Shown here one piece after another: positions 60,517 through 64,000 of a stretch of DNA of 64,000 nucleotides. This DNA comes from an uncultured Pseudomonadota bacterium (lineage in GTDB: Bacteria; Myxococcota_A; Polyangia; Fen-1088). Within the stretch, counting starts at the first letter, position 1; each line of letters starts with the position of its first letter. The stretch lies in NCBI GenBank assembly GCA_963847705.1, contig CAWKBC010000040.1, forward strand, positions 96,001 to 160,000, given 5' to 3'. A program made the position numbers and the translations under genes. A model generated the notes under the pieces. It had not been told where the DNA came from. It made no database searches and saw only the letters and a program-made list of their open reading frames with translations.

Positions 60517-62475
60517 TCAGGAATCTCGCAAAGCGTTGGCGATCAGATCGGCGGGCACTCGCGTGGTCGGGACCTTTCTGGGACGGGGTCGTGGGCGCGC
60601 CCCCGCCGCCCCCCGCGAGCGCGCGCCAGAAAACCAGGATCGGACGTCCAGGTCCAGCCCCACGCCGTGCATGTAGTTGTAGAGCGCCTTGCGAAGCCCC
60701 TCCCCCAGAAGGTCGTGGTCGGTGCCGGTCGGATCCTCGAAGGGGAGCTCGTTGCGCGCGAAGGCCGCCGGCGCGTTGAAGACGCGGAGCCCGTACTTCC
60801 TCGGCTGTAGGCCGATCGGGCTGTGCACGGTGGCGGCGAAGCGGTGCCAGAACGCCGACTGGATGCACCCCGCGTCGAACAGCTGCCGCACGCGCTCGAG
60901 CGCGTCGACGGTCTCCTGCTCCGTCTCCGTCGGAAAACCGTACATCAGATAGGCGTGGACCATGACGCCGGCGTCGGTGAAGGCCCGGGTCACGCGCGCC
61001 ACCTGCTCGACGGTGACCCCCTTCTGCATCAAGGCCAGCAGCCGGTTGGAGGCGACCTCCAGGCCACCGGTGACGGCGATGCAGCCGGCGCGCGCCATCA
61101 GGTCGCACAGCGCCGGGGTGAAGGTCTTCTCGAAGCGGATGTTTCCCCACCAGGTGATCGCCACGCCCCGCTCGAGCAGCCGCTGGGACAGTGCGCGCAG
61201 CATGGCGGGCGGGGCCGCCTCGTCGACGAAATGGAAGCCGGTCTCGCCGGTCTCGGCCACCAGTTGCTCGACGCGGTCGACGATCAGGTCGGCGGAGGCG
61301 GCCTCGTAGCGGCCAATGTAGGGGAGCGAGACGTCGCAGAAGGTGCACTTCTTCCAGTAGCAGCCGTGCGCCAGCGTCAGCTTGTTCCAGCGGCCGTCCG
61401 ACCAGAGGCGGTGCATCGGGTTCAGCATCTCGAACAGCGAGACGTAGCGATCGAGCGGCAGGCCGGCGTAGGTCGGCGTCCCGGTCTCGGTGTGCGGGAC
61501 ATCGCGCGCCGACGGATCGGTCTTGAAGACCACGCGGCCGTTTTCGCGCACGAACGTCCGATGCAGCGGCGACGGGGTCGCCGTCGTCCCGTCCTCCCCG
61601 AGCTGGCGGAGGTGCCGGAGCAGACTCAAGAGCGGGCGCTCGCCGTCGTCGAGCGTCACGTAGTCGAAGCTGTCGAACACCCGCGGCTCGCGGAGCTCAC
61701 GCAGCTCGGTGTTGACGTAGCCGCCGCCCAGGATCAGCCGGGCCGCCGGCTGCGCCCGCCTGATGGCGCGGGCGAGGCGGAAGGCGCCGTAGACGTTGCC
61801 GGGAAAGGGCGCGCTGATCCCGACCACGTCGGGGCGATGGCGCGCCGCGAGCTCCGCCCCGATCGCGTCGGTGAGCGCGTCGACCAGCGTGGGCGGCCCT
61901 TCCAGCGCCGCCGCCAGCGGATCGAAGCTGGCGGCGCTGGTGGCCAGCTTCTCGGCGTAGCGTGACAGCTCGAAGCGCGGATCGATCCCCTCGCGGATCG
62001 CGTCGGCGACGTCGTCGACATACAGGCTGGCGAGGTGCTTGGCGCGATCGGCGACCGGCAGCTCGCGGTAGGCCGCGGCCAGGGGGTCTCCCGCCGCCGC
62101 CCCGCCGAGCGCGCGGGCAAGCGGCGCGAAGCGGGGCCCTTCGGGCAGGAACCTTCGGCGGACGATGCGCGCCGCCAGCGCGGGAGCGCGCCCCTGCAGA
62201 AACCCCACCACGGCGTCGACGGTCTCGAGATAACGACCGCCGTTCTGGCGGAGCGACGCCACCGGGGGAGAGGCGCGCCTCGGCAGGGCGGCCAGCACGC
62301 GCCCGAGCCCGTCGCGGCAATAAAGCCGCAAGAACAGCTCCAGCGCGGGGTCGGCCTGGGCGATCTGCAGGCCGAGCTCGTCTGCGTGCAGCCGCAGGAA
62401 GCCCGCCAGGTAGGCCGTCGCCGGATAGGGCGTGTTGAGCTGCACCATCGGCGCCGTCAGCAACAGGATGCGCAT
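60517..62475 (-). CDS. Radical SAM protein with B12-binding-like N-terminal region
   Basis: QLNTPYPA, LGGGY, GCYWKKCTFC, FHFVDEA, GGLE, YLMYGFPTET. Confidence 0.88.
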   Translation of the reverse strand: MRILLLTAPMVQLNTPYPATAYLAGFLRLHADELGLQIAQADPALELFLRLYCRDGLGRVLAALPRRASPPVASLRQNGGRYLETVDAVVGFLQGRAPALAARIVRRRFLPEGPRFAPLARALGGAAAGDPLAAAYRELPVADRAKHLASLYVDDVADAIREGIDPRFELSRYAEKLATSAASFDPLAAALEGPPTLVDALTDAIGAELAARHRPDVVGISAPFPGNVYGAFRLARAIRRAQPAARLILGGGYVNTELRELREPRVFDSFDYVTLDDGERPLLSLLRHLRQLGEDGTTATPSPLHRTFVRENGRVVFKTDPSARDVPHTETGTPTYAGLPLDRYVSLFEMLNPMHRLWSDGRWNKLTLAHGCYWKKCTFCDVSLPYIGRYEAASADLIVDRVEQLVAETGETGFHFVDEAAPPAMLRALSQRLLERGVAITWWGNIRFEKTFTPALCDLMARAGCIAVTGGLEVASNRLLALMQKGVTVEQVARVTRAFTDAGVMVHAYLMYGFPTETEQETVDALERVRQLFDAGCIQSAFWHRFAATVHSPIGLQPRKYGLRVFNAPAAFARNELPFEDPTGTDHDLLGEGLRKALYNYMHGVGLDLDVRSWFSGARSRGAAGARPRPRPRKVPTTRVPADLIANALRDS

Positions 62476-62483
62476 CGGGCTCT

Positions 62484-63158
62484 TCACGAACCGACCCGCA
62501 GCCGCGCCCGCTGCGGCGAGCCGCCCGCCTGCCGCGGCGTTGCGGTGACCATCAGCCCGTCGCGGGTCGCGGGTGGGATCGCCACCACCACCGCCACCTT
62601 CTCGGTGACCCGGCCGGCGTGCTCGCAGCGCCGGCACCAGACACCACCCGGCCTGGCCACGCCGCCGCAGGTGGGACAGAGGATCGGCAGCGGCAGCTCG
62701 ACGAGAGCCGTCCCGCCGCGCGCCGCCTCGGCCGCATTGAGGTGAAGCTCCAGCACGCCGTCGACGGCGATCTGCGCGGCGCCCGACTCCTTCAAGCGCT
62801 CGATCGGGCCGCTGAGGCGCGGCAGGAGGTTGGCGATCGGCTTTTGCCAGGAGGCGCTCCACCCGACGGCGGAGACGCTCCAGGCACGGGCGTCCGCCTG
62901 CCCGGCGGCCGGCGCGAAGGCGCGCTCGCGCTCGAACAGGTGCGCGTCGTACGCCGTCCGCGCCGTCGGATCGGAGAGCATGTGGTACGCCTCGGCGATC
63001 CGCGCGAAGGTCTCGGCGCTGGCCGGCCCGGCGCGATCGGGGTGATGGGCCAGCGCCAGCCGCCGGTAGGCACGCCGGATCTCCGCGCCGGTCGCCGCGC
63101 GGGCGACGCCGAGGACGGCATAGAGATCGGCGTGGTGGTCGGAGCCCGGCGCGCGCAC
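62484..63158 (-). CDS. J-domain (DnaJ-like) protein with a single zinc-finger unit
   Basis: DLYAVLGV..HHPDR..AYHMLSD..YD; CPTC and CRRC. Confidence 0.85.
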   Translation of the reverse strand: MRAPGSDHHADLYAVLGVARAATGAEIRRAYRRLALAHHPDRAGPASAETFARIAEAYHMLSDPTARTAYDAHLFERERAFAPAAGQADARAWSVSAVGWSASWQKPIANLLPRLSGPIERLKESGAAQIAVDGVLELHLNAAEAARGGTALVELPLPILCPTCGGVARPGGVWCRRCEHAGRVTEKVAVVVAIPPATRDGLMVTATPRQAGGSPQRARLRVGS

Positions 63159-63223
63159 CGGCCGATGTTAGCGCCTGAACGCGCGGGAGGGCAGGAACCT
63201 GCGTGCTTCCGAGGGAGGTGCGG

Positions 63224-64000
63224 CTAGGGAGCGGGCCCGAGCATCCGGATCAGCTTTTTCGAGGCCTGGTCGCGCTTGCGCTCGGCCGTCGCGCGCCAGG
63301 CCTCGGCGCCGTTGTGGACGTTGCCGAAATAGTAACGCAGGCCGATTCCCAGGCCGACCAGACTGGCGCCCGCGTAGGAGCCGTCGGCGATCAGGAAATA
63401 GACGGCGGTCGCGAATCCACCGTTCACCGCCAGCGCCAACAGGCCGTCACCGGGATCTCCGGCGGTCGCCTGTCCGAGCCCGGGGAGCAGCGCCGACAAG
63501 ATCCCGCCCACGACGGCGCGGGCGCGCACGTTGACCTCGAGCGCCCGCACCAGCTCGTCGGGCCGGGCGTCGCGGGGCAGCGCGCTGGCGGGCAGGGCGG
63601 CGATGCAGGCGCGCGCGGCCGCACCGTCATGCGCCATCACCTCGGCGACGCAACGCAGGCGGGTGGCGAACGCGCGCGTCGGCTCGTCGGCGCCGAACGC
63701 CTCGACGCGCGCGAAGACATGCAGCGCATGGGGAAACTCCCTGGCCCGCAGCAGGACGACACCGGTGGCGAGCTGGATCTGGTCGGCGCGCTTCGGATCC
63801 TCGGTCGCCGCGGCCGCCTGCTCCAGGAACGGCACCGCCTGGCTCGGCTTTCCGTCGATCGCCAGCGCCATCCCGACCCGGTAGGTCGTCTCGGGGGCCA
63901 GCGCGTCGGATCCGTTCTCCAGCATCAAACGCCGCGCCTCGCTCCCCGCCTCGTCGCTGAGCCCGAGCCGCAGCAGGCGTCCCACGAACAGGTCCCCGGG
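63224..64000 (-). CDS. TPR-like protein with C-terminal membrane segments (5' end outside the window)
   Basis: Helical repeats; 'LSALLPGLGQ' motif followed by TM helices. Confidence 0.6.
   Translation of the reverse strand, partial: PGDLFVGRLLRLGLSDEAGSEARRLMLENGSDALAPETTYRVGMALAIDGKPSQAVPFLEQAAAATEDPKRADQIQLATGVVLLRAREFPHALHVFARVEAFGADEPTRAFATRLRCVAEVMAHDGAAARACIAALPASALPRDARPDELVRALEVNVRARAVVGGILSALLPGLGQATAGDPGDGLLALAVNGGFATAVYFLIADGSYAGASLVGLGIGLRYYFGNVHNGAEAWRATAERKRDQASKKLIRMLGPAP

Overview
High-GC, gene-dense chromosomal window. Gly-linker/Cys-rich lipoproteins, PEGA-type Ser/Thr kinases and many two-component genes suggest a myxobacterium (Myxococcota); this is an inference. I saw no rRNA, tRNA, CRISPR array, integrase or transposase. 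In order: a DUF4380-like gene; mtnA plus a class II aldolase (DHAP-shunt type salvage); two divergent FIST/NosP cassettes whose different outputs (PAS-GGDEF-EAL and a hybrid His kinase) share an unannotated N-terminal 'H-x-LL-x-RQLRKHF' module; a LigB-type dioxygenase, a DTW protein and YaeQ; a frameshifted GH10 lipoprotein followed by two Cys-rich tandem-CBM lipoproteins; two Ser/Thr kinases; a TPR/beta-barrel protein; BCP peroxiredoxin; a 12-repeat lipoprotein tipped with a SUEL-type lectin; udk; phoU-pstSCAB; HtrA; a multi-TM His kinase paired with an orphan alpha-oxoamine synthase behind a perfect 12-bp inverted repeat (CqsS/CqsA-like layout); FGE; DUF2092, a small exported protein, SCP2 and a debranching enzyme; an internally deleted thrE-like gene; an OmpA-like protein with inverted domain order; GH63; a cytoplasmic two-component cluster; aqpZ; a Tat phosphoesterase; DUF4266-DUF3570-TlpA; and a DnaJ-like/radical SAM/2OG-oxygenase operon. 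The best candidates for undescribed systems are the twin FIST cassettes with a shared docking-like module and the kinase/oxoamine-synthase pair. Family assignments come from motif recognition by eye, not database searches.
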